Shown: positions 36,362 through 45,243 of the stretch, piece after piece
Layout of the letters: each line of letters begins with the position of its first letter
Numbering within the stretch: the stretch's first letter is position 1
NCBI GenBank assembly: GCA_016872855.1
Contig: VGYV01000001.1
Location: forward strand, 1-46,101
Origin: Planctomycetota bacterium
Lineage (GTDB): Bacteria; Planctomycetota; PUPC01; DSUN01
DNA length: 46,101 bases
Direction: 5' to 3'
Made by a program: the position numbers and the translations under genes
Notes under the pieces: generated by a model
What the model was told of the DNA's origin: nothing
What the model saw: only the letters and a program-made list of their open reading frames with translations
Databases searched by the model: none

Positions 36362-36693
36362 GACTTGAACTCCTCGTCGTTCCTGCCCGGTCTACCATGC
36401 GGAAGATCACCTCGCCGGATCGAGGCAGGGTGAGGGGCTGGGGCGCCACCTGAGCTAAGCGCGGGGTGGGGTCTTGTGCCAGAATCTGCCAACTTCGCGC
36501 ATCGGATGATGGGTTTTCGTGTCCCGCGGTGTCCCGCTGTGTCCCGACTCCCTATGCCGTCTGGCCGCCCCCTGCCGGACTCATAACACCAGAAACACCA
36601 AGACCCTACAGTCGCAAGTGGCTGTAGGGTCTTGGGTTGCTCGTATGGCGCGCCCGGAGGGACTCGAACCCCCAACCGTAGGCTTCGAAGGCC
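36362..36693. repeat. R2, direct repeat partner of R1
   Basis: Same order of parts as R1: an ECF-sigma-like stub that is frameshifted (..GEVIFRMVDRAG / NDEEFKSLVARCEG..), a conserved block GGGACACGA(G/A)AACCCATCA..., the 10-bp hairpin at 36600-36633, and the tRNA 3' part. Confidence 0.8.
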
Positions 36694-36714
36694 AACGGTC
36701 GGCTCCACGGGCGC
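36646..36714 (-). other. 69-nt tRNA-like element lacking a D-arm (tRNA-Arg-derived)
   Basis: The minus strand reads GCGCCCG-TGGAGCCGA-CCGTTGGC-CTTCGAA-GCCTACGG-TT-GGGGG-TTCGAGT-CCCTC-CGGGCGC-G-CCA. Acceptor and T-arm are intact and the anticodon-type helix is extended to 8 bp with a T.T mismatch. Only 9 nt sit where the D-arm should be. Confidence 0.5.
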
Positions 36715-36826
36715 GCGGCTGGCCCGCGCTCGCTTGGGGGAGCGTCAGTGGACAGACGAACTCTCTCCGGGTAGACTTGCCGCGCGTTCTGCGCGTGGAG
36801 AACAGGGGAGGCGAGGGCATACTCCC

Positions 36827-39800
36827 ATGTGCCGACTCCAATCGCTTCTTGAGTCCTGCGCCGTGATGCTCGTGACTCTGGCCTGCGCCACCCGGGCGGC
36901 GACGCCGAGGCGGCCCGCAGTAGTGTTCGCCGGCTCCGATGGTGGCCACTGCGGCCATGAGGTGGCGGGCCGTCTGGTGCAGGAGGGCTTCGCCTTGCGC
37001 GCCGAGCACTCGGGCCTTGGCGACCGCCCGCTGGCGTGGGACAGTCTCAGGAACTACAACGTCGTCGTCCTCGCCGGCCTGGGCCGCGCCAACGCGGACA
37101 TGTCCCTGGGTCGAACCCGGCAGACCGTGGACTGCCTCAACCGGTTCCTTGCGGCAGGCGGCGGAGTCCTCGTGCTGGGGTCCTTCGGGCAGATGGCGAC
37201 GGACAAGCCGCCCCAGGACGCCTTTCTCAAGCCCCTGGGCCTGACGCCCCTCTTCGACGAACTGCCCGACGACCCGAAGGCGGCCATCGTCGCCACGGCG
37301 TGGAAACTCCCGTTCGCCCCCGCCAGCGCCATCGCCGATTCGCCGGTCACCACAGGCGTCAAGTCGCTCTGGTATCCCATCCCACGCATGCGCGTCGGAG
37401 CACAGAACCACACGGTTCCGTTCACGGTTGACTCGTCCTGGCAGGTTCTCGTCCGCGGCTCGGAGTCGTCTCTCACCCACAAGGGAGCCCTCCAGGAGAG
37501 CCGTCCCAACCAGCCTGGCACCTATCCGAGCGCGGTGCCGTTCGTAGCGGCACGCACGGCAGGCAAGGGCCGAATCGTGTTCCTGGGTATCACGCCCGAG
37601 TACCTCATCGGCGCCAACGCCATGAGCACGCTCGAAGGGATCGTTCTCGACCGAGGGCTGAAGGGGATCGCCTCGAACGGTTATGTCCTCCTGGCCAACG
37701 CCCTGCGCTGGCTGGCGGAGCCGTCCCTGACCGAAGGCCAACTCGGTGGTGCAGCGACGGAGGAATCGCTCCTGGCGAATCCCCACAAAGCGCGCCTCGG
37801 CAAGCCCTATGCTTGGCCGGCGGAGCCATCTTTCCCCGCCGTCGAGCCAGCCCTGCCAGGCGTGGTCGGCCCCCGCACGCTCTATTCCAGCGGCAAGGCC
37901 ACGGCCGACCAGTGGGTCGAGAAGGCCAAGGCCGCGGGACTGGCCTGGATCGTCTTCCTCGAGGACTTCCCGAAGCTCTCGGCCGACAACTTCCTGAAGC
38001 TCAGGGCCGATTGCGCGCGCCTCTCTTCCCCCGCCTTCGCCGCCATCCCAGGCATCGCCATTGACGACGAGGTGGGCAACCATTACTTCTACTTCGGCAC
38101 CACGTTTCCGTACCCCGACCGCAAGTTCCTCAGCGAGGACGGCAAGGCGTTCCGCTCCCGCGACGCGGAACTGGACGCGAGGAAGCCCTACATTCCCGGC
38201 CAGCTCGCGATGACGACGCTCGACTACGCCTACTCGATCTCCAGCTTCAAGCTCACGGCGGGGAACTACCTGTTCCGCCAGAGCGCCGCCCCCTTCGCCG
38301 ACTTCTTCTCCAACTACGACGCGATGGGCGTCATCACGGCCCGCGACGGCAAGGTCGTCGAGGACGCCAGCGGCGACTTCCTCAAGCTGGTCGCCTCTGG
38401 CCAGGGGCCGCTGCCGCTCGTCATTGATCTGATGAACGACCCGGCCCAGCTCGGCTCTTCCGGCTGGCGGACGGTACTCCGCCTGCCCGAGCGCGGCGGC
38501 TCGGTCATCGGAGGCACGCTCCGCCCCGAGAGCCGGGTCCGCGACTACTTCGACCTCTGGCACTTCTACCCCGACAACCCGGCCAAGCCGCAAGTGACAT
38601 CCGGCCCGCACATCGAGACCTGGTCCTACGTCGGCCCCCGGGACTACGAGGGGAACACCCCCGGCGACTTCGCCTGGCAGAACTACCGCTGGATTCTCTG
38701 CGGCCACGCCAGTTCGCCCGTCGGGCTGGAGGAGGTGGCCGTCTACGACGGCACCCGCCTCTTCCGCCGCTTCCTGCCACAGGGACAGGCCGAGTTCGAG
38801 TTCCGGCTCGATCTGGCCCACGACCGCCAGCACAACCTCGTGCTCACGGCCACCGATACGGCAGGCGGCCGAGCCATCAGTGGCGAGCAGTGGGACCGCA
38901 ACCACCGCCTCGAGGAGTTCATGTGCAGCGACCGCAACAACCAGCTCTCCTACGGCTACGTGGTGAACCGCGACGGCATCGGCATCCTGCTGGGCGGCAA
39001 CCAGACGCTTGGCACACCCATCAAGCGCATCGCCAGCGGCATCTCCCCAGCAGGCACGTTCAAGAACGATCGGCTCCTGGGCGCCCCGGCGTTCGATGGG
39101 GCGGCCGGCGGCGAGCCCGAGGTCTGGGAGACCGTCAGCCCGATCTCCCCTGCCCGCCCCGTGCTGGCGCCCAACGTCACCGAGGCCCGCCGCCTGCTTC
39201 ACACCCGCGACATCATGATCGGCGACGGCCCGCGCGAGCACGCCTTCGCCGACGGCGTCCCCGTGCACAATGTCTGGCACACCCTCTGGCGCACACAACC
39301 CGTCAAGGAACTCAGCGTCAACCGCCGCAACCACTTCTTCCAGGTGGACCCCGACAGCCCGCTCGCCGTCTTCCTCTGGCAGATCGAGATCGCGATGAAA
39401 GAGGACATGGCGAACCAGGGCTTCACAATCGCCACCATGCAGTCGCGCGAGTCCAGCACCTGGGTGCTCCGCCGTGATGCCGTGACCATCGAGACTGGCC
39501 AATGGGATGCAGGCAAGCCCGAGCCGGGCCGCCGACTCACCGTCCAGTTCGGCCCCGCGGCTTATGCGGCCTTCCTCGACTCGCCACTGGGCGGCGCGGC
39601 CATCTTCCCGCTCACCGAGGGCCTGGCAGCCGACGCGGAGTTGGCCCGGCATGGCCGCCTCGACATCACACTCCAGGCCGCGGCCGCCCCCCAGAAGAGG
39701 GGCGAGTCGCGGCAGGTCCAGCTCCTCCTCGTCGGCATTCCTCGCCGCTGCACCCTCACCGAGAGCTGGCCGCCCCATCGGGACGTCGTCGAGAGCTTCT

Positions 39801-40312
39801 ACCGCGACTTCGCCCTCGACTGCGGCAAGGGCGGCTACACCCTTCGCCTCGATCAGGGCACGCTCCTCTCCCAGCGCTACGTCCTGACAGTGGATGGCAA
39901 GGCGTCGGCCTGTTTCAGCGGCCAGCTCGATGGCAAGCTCGTCTCGAGCCTCCCCATCGCCGTCTGCAGCCTCAACGACCGTTGGTCGGCGTTCCTCTAC
40001 GACCGCTCGCTCAAGCAGGCACGCCCGGTCGGGGTCTTTGAGGGCAGAGCCTGGGCAACCGTCTGCCTCTCGGGCCACGCCGATCTGTTCCTCGGCCACC
40101 CAATCCTCGCGGGCAACCCTGAACTGTTCATCCAACTTACCCAGTGCGGCGACGACGCCTGGACACTTGAGCTTCACAATCCCACTGACGCGGCCATTGC
40201 CACTCATGTGCGGGCGAATCCGAGATTCGACCCGCTCAACGGCAAGGCTCTCTTCGATGGCGCGGTGACGGTCCCCGCCGGCGCCTCAGTGGTTCAGCGA
40301 GTTCGCAGGTAG
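36827..40312 (+). CDS. large secreted hypothetical protein (N-terminal GATase1/ThuA-like fold suspected)
   Basis: The ATG at 36827 lies inside track ORF 36632..40312. MCRLQSLLESCAVMLVTLACATRAA is signal-like. NVVVLAGLG...GGGVLVLG resembles class-I amidotransferase-like folds. The rest is unrecognised. Confidence 0.7.
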   Translation: MCRLQSLLESCAVMLVTLACATRAATPRRPAVVFAGSDGGHCGHEVAGRLVQEGFALRAEHSGLGDRPLAWDSLRNYNVVVLAGLGRANADMSLGRTRQTVDCLNRFLAAGGGVLVLGSFGQMATDKPPQDAFLKPLGLTPLFDELPDDPKAAIVATAWKLPFAPASAIADSPVTTGVKSLWYPIPRMRVGAQNHTVPFTVDSSWQVLVRGSESSLTHKGALQESRPNQPGTYPSAVPFVAARTAGKGRIVFLGITPEYLIGANAMSTLEGIVLDRGLKGIASNGYVLLANALRWLAEPSLTEGQLGGAATEESLLANPHKARLGKPYAWPAEPSFPAVEPALPGVVGPRTLYSSGKATADQWVEKAKAAGLAWIVFLEDFPKLSADNFLKLRADCARLSSPAFAAIPGIAIDDEVGNHYFYFGTTFPYPDRKFLSEDGKAFRSRDAELDARKPYIPGQLAMTTLDYAYSISSFKLTAGNYLFRQSAAPFADFFSNYDAMGVITARDGKVVEDASGDFLKLVASGQGPLPLVIDLMNDPAQLGSSGWRTVLRLPERGGSVIGGTLRPESRVRDYFDLWHFYPDNPAKPQVTSGPHIETWSYVGPRDYEGNTPGDFAWQNYRWILCGHASSPVGLEEVAVYDGTRLFRRFLPQGQAEFEFRLDLAHDRQHNLVLTATDTAGGRAISGEQWDRNHRLEEFMCSDRNNQLSYGYVVNRDGIGILLGGNQTLGTPIKRIASGISPAGTFKNDRLLGAPAFDGAAGGEPEVWETVSPISPARPVLAPNVTEARRLLHTRDIMIGDGPREHAFADGVPVHNVWHTLWRTQPVKELSVNRRNHFFQVDPDSPLAVFLWQIEIAMKEDMANQGFTIATMQSRESSTWVLRRDAVTIETGQWDAGKPEPGRRLTVQFGPAAYAAFLDSPLGGAAIFPLTEGLAADAELARHGRLDITLQAAAAPQKRGESRQVQLLLVGIPRRCTLTESWPPHRDVVESFYRDFALDCGKGGYTLRLDQGTLLSQRYVLTVDGKASACFSGQLDGKLVSSLPIAVCSLNDRWSAFLYDRSLKQARPVGVFEGRAWATVCLSGHADLFLGHPILAGNPELFIQLTQCGDDAWTLELHNPTDAAIATHVRANPRFDPLNGKALFDGAVTVPAGASVVQRVRR

Positions 40313-40560
40313 AGCTGGATGTGGAGCAGACGACGCGGATGGGAGGACCCGGAGTTGCTGGAGGGGTGGGACTGACAGCAGATAATGGTGGGAGAGAAGA
40401 GCACGAGGAGCAACAATCTTGTGCGACCGCTCTTCACGAGCAGCAGGGGCCTGTGCCCGATTTGTGCCCTTTCTGGATCAGGAAAACGTCACTTGCCGCC
40501 CTTCGTGTCCCTTGCAGTCACTTCGGACGGTTCCTTCCAGCGTCGCCGTAAACGCAGACA

Positions 40561-40589
40561 GGGCAAGGACCAAATCCATAAGTCCTTGC
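40561..40589 (-). terminator. hairpin immediately 3' of RNA-A
   Basis: GGCAAGGAC - 11-nt loop - GTCCTTGCC, 8 nt after the encoded CCA on the minus strand. Confidence 0.45.
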
Positions 40590-40597
40590 CCTGCCTA

Positions 40598-40947
40598 ATG
40601 GTGGAGACGAGGGGATTCGAACCCCCGACCTCTAGAGTGCGATTCATGGATGCGTGGACAGCAGCGCTTCGCCAGAAAGTCATAAGTGGTAATCACTTAT
40701 GAAGATAGCTCCTGCGCAGCCCCATGTCGTCTGTTCCGAATATTCCGCATATTCCGAACGGAAACCACTACAAAAACCACTACAAACCCGTGCGAGCCGG
40801 TACGGGCACTAGGTCGCTCTTGTACGATCTTTCGCGCGCCTCCGACCTCATCGCGGACAGACACGATGGCTGGCGGTAGGATATGAGGCCTGAGCGGTGA
40901 GGAAGGGATGAAAGGCCGGTGGTGGTGCTGGGATAGGGTTCGTCTCT
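40598..40947 (-). ncRNA. RNA-A: ~350-nt structured RNA with tRNA-like acceptor stem, T-arm and encoded CCA (tmRNA-like topology, non-canonical)
   Basis: The 3' end is GGTC-GGGGG-TTCGAAT-CCCCT-CGTCTCC-A-CCA. The 5' AGAGACG pairs with CGTCTC. Compensatory changes against the paralog at 45244-45585 and G.U pairs appear only on the minus strand. See findings. Confidence 0.6.
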
Positions 40948-40953
40948 GTAGTG

Positions 40954-40982
40954 CTTGACGGGCGGGGCGGAGGGGGATATGA
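40954..40982 (+). promoter_or_regulatory. near-consensus sigma70 promoter for the two-gene operon, divergent from RNA-A
   Basis: TTGACG (40954-40959), 17-bp spacer, TATGAT (40977-40982). It is followed by GGAG 6 nt before the ATG at 41062. Confidence 0.55.
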
Positions 40983-41061
40983 TCCCCTGATAACCCCGCC
41001 GTTCATAACCGACGCTCGGCGCGGAACGTGCTGGGTGAAGGCAGAGGGCATTGGAGCAGCG

Positions 41062-43371
41062 ATGAGTCTCCCCGAATCCCAAGTGTACCGCGAAGCCGTC
41101 GCGGCTGCGATGGCTTTCCACGCCAGGAAGCTCTGGCTGGAGTACGAAAACGACGACTGCTTCGCGGTGGTTGCTCCCGGCGACGAGCGCCCTATGTTCG
41201 CCATCATCATGGGCAGGGCGGGCCAGGAATACGGCCTTGTGCTCTTCCACGGGCAGGGAGCAGTTCGGAGCCTGTATACCATCTTGCAGCGCGACGAGCG
41301 AGAGGTAGAGCCGCCCGACAGCGCCAGCTTCCTCAGCGTCAGCATGACGCCCTATGGAGAGATGGCTCCCCCTGGCCGGAGCTTCCTTGCGAAGGCTGGT
41401 TTCGCCGGCAGGCGCGGCGACACCGTGCCCTTCTTCATGGCCAAGGACGCCGGCAGGGAGCTGCGGCGGATGACCGCGGACGAGGCCCGCAGGGTTTTGT
41501 ATGCTCTCCGCGGCATCATGAAGGCGAGGGATGCGGGGCGGCTCGCGCACAGCCGCCTTGGCCCAGACCAGGACACACTGACACTGGTTCTCAGCGGGGA
41601 TCCGCTGAACCCAGAAGTCTCGACCGAGATGCGGCGGTACTCGCAGTGTTCCGCACCCACACCGTCCGCGCCCCCGAGCGTGCCGGAGGACCTGAAGGCC
41701 CTCCCCCGGCTGGGCAGCACATGGCTCGTAGGTTGTCCGACGCTCCCTACACGTATCGAAGGCGACGACAGGACCGTGCGGGGCGTCCTTATCCTGGAGG
41801 CGCGCTCGGAGCGCATCGTGCTCGTGCAGGCGATCCAGGGCGGAGTGTCCGAGGCGGTCCGCGTCATTTGCGACGCGCTTCGGGGCAAGAACTCTCAGCA
41901 CGAGAAGGGCATCCCGCAGCAGGTCCTCGTAGGCAGCCAGGAACTGCACGAGGAGCTCGGGCCAGTGCTCCGCGCCCTCGGCGCGACGTGCCGCTACCAG
42001 CCGGGGCTCCCGTTGCTTGACGAGGCCACCCGCGGCTTGCGGGATTACCTCCTGGGCAAGGGCTCATGCGCGCAGCTCGGGGGTGCGGCGGAGCAGGTCC
42101 CCCCTGCTCCCGATGATCTGAAGGACTGGAAGGAATGCGATCGGTCCCTTTACGCAAGGGCGCAGTCAAGGATGCAAGAGTCGTCGCAGTCCATTGGCTG
42201 GGCGATCGAGCAGTACTTCGGCCAAGGAGAAGCAGGCGCCCGTTTCCTCGGCAGCACAGACGACCCGTTCCCGGGAATGTGCTTCTTCGAGTGGTACTGG
42301 CACGATTTCCGAACAACGAAGGACGCCAAGACCCTCGCTGAGCAGATGCTGGCGGGCAATCTCCCCAGGCCGGAGCGGGCCATCCTCGAAGCCCGCGTCC
42401 GGGCCGTGCCGTCCATCTACAAGGTTGAGCGGATCGAGAAGGGGCGGTCGCTGACCCTTCTGGACGTCTTCTTCGGGGGCAAGGTGGTGGTCCACGACAA
42501 GGGGCTCTCGGAGACCGCAGTGGTGGACATGAGCCTGCCTGGCCGGGTTCTCCCTGTTGGAAGGTTCCACTTCCTATCGCCCTTGGGGCCGCCGCTTGCG
42601 GCGCTCGAGGTCGAGGAGGCCATCGAGTTCCTGTGGCGGCTGGGCTTGCAGCCAACGCCAGAGGGCACAAGGGCGAAGTCCAAACTGTTCGGGTGGCTCT
42701 GGCACTGGCAGGAGAAGCGGCGCGAGGTTGGCCACAAGCTTCAGGTGCTCAATGCCGACGGCGATGAGATCAGCTTCCACACCGCCACGTATGCCGTGAC
42801 TGACCAAGCTCAGGCGCAAGCTGCCCTGCTGGCCCGGAAGGACATGGACTCCCATGCTGACGGCACGAGCTTCACCTGGATTCGGCCCAGTGAAACCAAG
42901 TGGCTCAGTGCCTACGAGAAGCAAACGACACCCCTCGGCAGCCTCTCCTTCGTGGGCGATGAACTGCTTGTGGAGGTGCAGTCTGCGAAGCGCCTCAGGA
43001 GAATCCGGACGCTGCTGAAGAACATCCCAGGCATCGAGTTCAGGAGCGTCAGCGTCCGCACCCTCGACGAGCTGAGAGAGAAAGGGATCCCGCTCGACGA
43101 TCGGCTGGGGCGCGCGGAAGTGCCTATGACACTTGAACTCGAGGCGCATGCCCGAGAGGCGATCCGTCGCTACTTCATGGACTGGCTGGACAGACCGCTG
43201 CCCGCATTGGGCAACAGAACTCCCCGCGCGGCCTGCAAGACCCCCGAGGGGAAGCAGAGGGTCCTGATGCTCATCCGAACCATGCCGAGGCCGATGGGCC
43301 CCGACGGACCCGATGTTGACGTGCCCCGAGAGGAGATGCTAAGAGAACTGGGGCTGAGTGAGAGCGAGTGA
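41062..43371 (+). CDS. hypothetical 769-aa protein with a C-terminal Xre/MbcA/ParS-antitoxin-type (DUF2384-like) motif
   Basis: Start chosen at MSLPESQ, downstream of the promoter; the track ORF starts at 40951. The C-terminus FMDWLDRPLPALGNRTPRAACKTPEGKQRVLMLIRTM fits W..P.paLGg.tP......G...v..lL. No catalytic motif recognised. Confidence 0.7.
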   Translation: MSLPESQVYREAVAAAMAFHARKLWLEYENDDCFAVVAPGDERPMFAIIMGRAGQEYGLVLFHGQGAVRSLYTILQRDEREVEPPDSASFLSVSMTPYGEMAPPGRSFLAKAGFAGRRGDTVPFFMAKDAGRELRRMTADEARRVLYALRGIMKARDAGRLAHSRLGPDQDTLTLVLSGDPLNPEVSTEMRRYSQCSAPTPSAPPSVPEDLKALPRLGSTWLVGCPTLPTRIEGDDRTVRGVLILEARSERIVLVQAIQGGVSEAVRVICDALRGKNSQHEKGIPQQVLVGSQELHEELGPVLRALGATCRYQPGLPLLDEATRGLRDYLLGKGSCAQLGGAAEQVPPAPDDLKDWKECDRSLYARAQSRMQESSQSIGWAIEQYFGQGEAGARFLGSTDDPFPGMCFFEWYWHDFRTTKDAKTLAEQMLAGNLPRPERAILEARVRAVPSIYKVERIEKGRSLTLLDVFFGGKVVVHDKGLSETAVVDMSLPGRVLPVGRFHFLSPLGPPLAALEVEEAIEFLWRLGLQPTPEGTRAKSKLFGWLWHWQEKRREVGHKLQVLNADGDEISFHTATYAVTDQAQAQAALLARKDMDSHADGTSFTWIRPSETKWLSAYEKQTTPLGSLSFVGDELLVEVQSAKRLRRIRTLLKNIPGIEFRSVSVRTLDELREKGIPLDDRLGRAEVPMTLELEAHAREAIRRYFMDWLDRPLPALGNRTPRAACKTPEGKQRVLMLIRTMPRPMGPDGPDVDVPREEMLRELGLSESE

Positions 43372-44978
43372 GCGGCGAGCGGAGTGTGGTGCGATGCAAC
43401 AGCCCCGACAGCAGGAGATCTGAATTGCCTTACCTGGGCTACAACCCCACCGGATACCAAGGCGAGAGCGACGCACTCTTGCCAGGCGTCGTCAAGGAGC
43501 TTCGCAAGGTTCTCTCCAAGGCTCAACGGACGTTCGCCTTCCGGAATCTGCTCCTCAGCCCCCACGCGTTGGAGGATCTCGCAGGCATCCTGGCCGAATT
43601 CGCTGTGGATGTCCACTGCGGCATCGGCATCTGGGAGAGCTACGAGGCATATAACCGCCAATGGTTCGGCACGCCGCTACCGATAAGCCTGCGGGAGGGC
43701 GAGGGCAACGAGCCGACAGGCATCCATCCTGCCCGACTTCGACATCTGCTGTGGGTTCTCTACCCTGAACTCAAGGAGGGCCTGGTTCTCGCTCCCTTCC
43801 ACCAGGATCTGATCAGGATTGTCGAAGCTGCCCACGAGTTCCTGAGCCGCCACATCCCGTCCCTTCCGAACGACGCCGGGGCGAAGTGGTTCCTGGCAAC
43901 CTCGAACGAATACGGCTGGGACGTCAAGAGGAAGCTGGTGTGGCTGGGCACGAAGTCCTACCTGTTCAGGCTGTTCTACAGCAACTACATCGAGAAGGAA
44001 TGGAATGGGAAGGCGGACATTGATCGCACGGACGAGTTCATATGCGCCCGATGCACCCGCTGGTCGGGCCTCGGGGCCATCGACATCCTCGCGAAGGTGC
44101 TCGACGTCAGCGAGGACGACCGAAGCGACCTGCGCGGCTGGTACGAGCGGCACATGGCGCCCTACAAGATCCTGTCGGCGGACCGGGAAACCCTGCGGGC
44201 GCTCAACGCCGTCAGCGACGAGGAATATGTCGTCCGGATGAACATGGACAACAGCCCCTTCAAAGCCGGCCAGCTCGTTTTCGGAAGCCTGGTTCCGTGG
44301 CGGGGCGAGTGGTACTGGTCTGGGACACAGAGGCTCCTGGGCGAGGCCACAAAGGCAAAGATGGATGACCTCAAGACCCGCATGAAGCGCCAGAGCTCCC
44401 AGATCGTGTGCCGCTACTGGAAGGACCACGAGAGGCTGGTGCGCGAACGGGCCTCAGAACTCCACGCTGCCATGATGAAGTACCAGGGTACTGACCTCGT
44501 GATTTACCCCGACGGCTTGGCCATGGCCGCGGACTGGCAGAAGGAAATGCGGGCACAATGGGAGGCCAAGCCGCAAGACCAGGTCCACGACGTCATGGAG
44601 CGGCACGGCCTGAAGGATGGCCGCCCGAACATGAAGCTCCCCGACCACCTCGTCAACGCGACTGGCGGTATCGGCGTGTTCCTGAACCCTGAAGAGGGCA
44701 AGGAGGTCATGACCAGCTTCGGCCTGCTGCTGGCCGGCCTTCGGCGCAAAGGAGAGGGGCTGACGGATGATGAGAGGGAGGTCATCATGGGCTTCATCAC
44801 ATCGGAGGCGGTGAGCCCCGCATTCGTGAGGCGAGTAGTGCAGGAGCATGGCGGAGAATCCGTCCGAGCGGCGTTCCACCTGCCCCAAGACAGCCCCGAC
44901 TGCTGGCTGGACTACCTGCTGCGGGCCAGGAAAGGCCACTTCTACCGGAAGCGGTACCCCACGCTATCCGTGGTCTGA
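43368..44978 (+). CDS. hypothetical 536-aa protein, translationally coupled to the upstream gene
   Basis: The GTG start overlaps the upstream TGA (GTGA). The ORF is long and uninterrupted. No motif recognised. Confidence 0.7.
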   Translation: MSGERSVVRCNSPDSRRSELPYLGYNPTGYQGESDALLPGVVKELRKVLSKAQRTFAFRNLLLSPHALEDLAGILAEFAVDVHCGIGIWESYEAYNRQWFGTPLPISLREGEGNEPTGIHPARLRHLLWVLYPELKEGLVLAPFHQDLIRIVEAAHEFLSRHIPSLPNDAGAKWFLATSNEYGWDVKRKLVWLGTKSYLFRLFYSNYIEKEWNGKADIDRTDEFICARCTRWSGLGAIDILAKVLDVSEDDRSDLRGWYERHMAPYKILSADRETLRALNAVSDEEYVVRMNMDNSPFKAGQLVFGSLVPWRGEWYWSGTQRLLGEATKAKMDDLKTRMKRQSSQIVCRYWKDHERLVRERASELHAAMMKYQGTDLVIYPDGLAMAADWQKEMRAQWEAKPQDQVHDVMERHGLKDGRPNMKLPDHLVNATGGIGVFLNPEEGKEVMTSFGLLLAGLRRKGEGLTDDEREVIMGFITSEAVSPAFVRRVVQEHGGESVRAAFHLPQDSPDCWLDYLLRARKGHFYRKRYPTLSVV

Positions 44979-45158
44979 GTGCGCATCGAATGCGCTCAAG
45001 CGCGCTACCCCGTCGGTGGCTATTGCACCCGACCACTCGATTCCCGCGTGCGGTGTCCAAGCAGTTGGCTGGCAAGAGGTTACGAGCAAGGAAGGCACCA
45101 GCGCAGCACCGCGGCCCGGCGCGGCATGGAGGGTGAGATGCCGGCACTCCGGCAGAGA

Positions 45159-45179
45159 ACCACTACAAAACCGCTACAA
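45159..45179. repeat. third, fragmentary copy of the ACCACTACAA double repeat found inside RNA-A and RNA-B
   Basis: ACCACTACAA-A-ACCGCTACAA. Compare 40763-40784 and 45406-45427. The flanks are only weakly similar to the RNA genes, so this looks like a decayed unit. Confidence 0.6.
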
Positions 45180-45243
45180 ACAGGGCGCCGTGCCTGGGTG
45201 ATGCTCGCGCCCTAAGTCGTGACTGGATAAGTTCTTACGTTGA

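Noticed and set aside
40686-40886. Conserved small plus-strand ORFs inside the RNA copies (40686..40886 and 45328..45651; MVITYEDSSC...).
   Set aside because: Differences between the copies are mostly non-synonymous in this frame, and the two ORFs end at different places. G.U pairing and covariation support a minus-strand RNA instead.
40598-40947. Calling RNA-A a canonical tmRNA (ssrA).
   Set aside because: The 3' end ...GGTTCGAATCC...CTCCACCA looks tmRNA-like, but position 3:70 is A-U rather than G.U. The 5' end is not GGGGC... and the GGxUUCGAC D-loop analogue is missing. The only frames ending near the stop-containing hairpin give atypical tags (..AAQELSS). It is kept as tmRNA-like topology only.
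40598-40947. A tRNA interrupted by a group I intron, since the total length would fit.
   Set aside because: No D-arm and no anticodon-stem halves flank the insert. The sequence after the 5' acceptor strand is C-rich (AACCCTATCCCAGCACC) with no GG D-loop signature.
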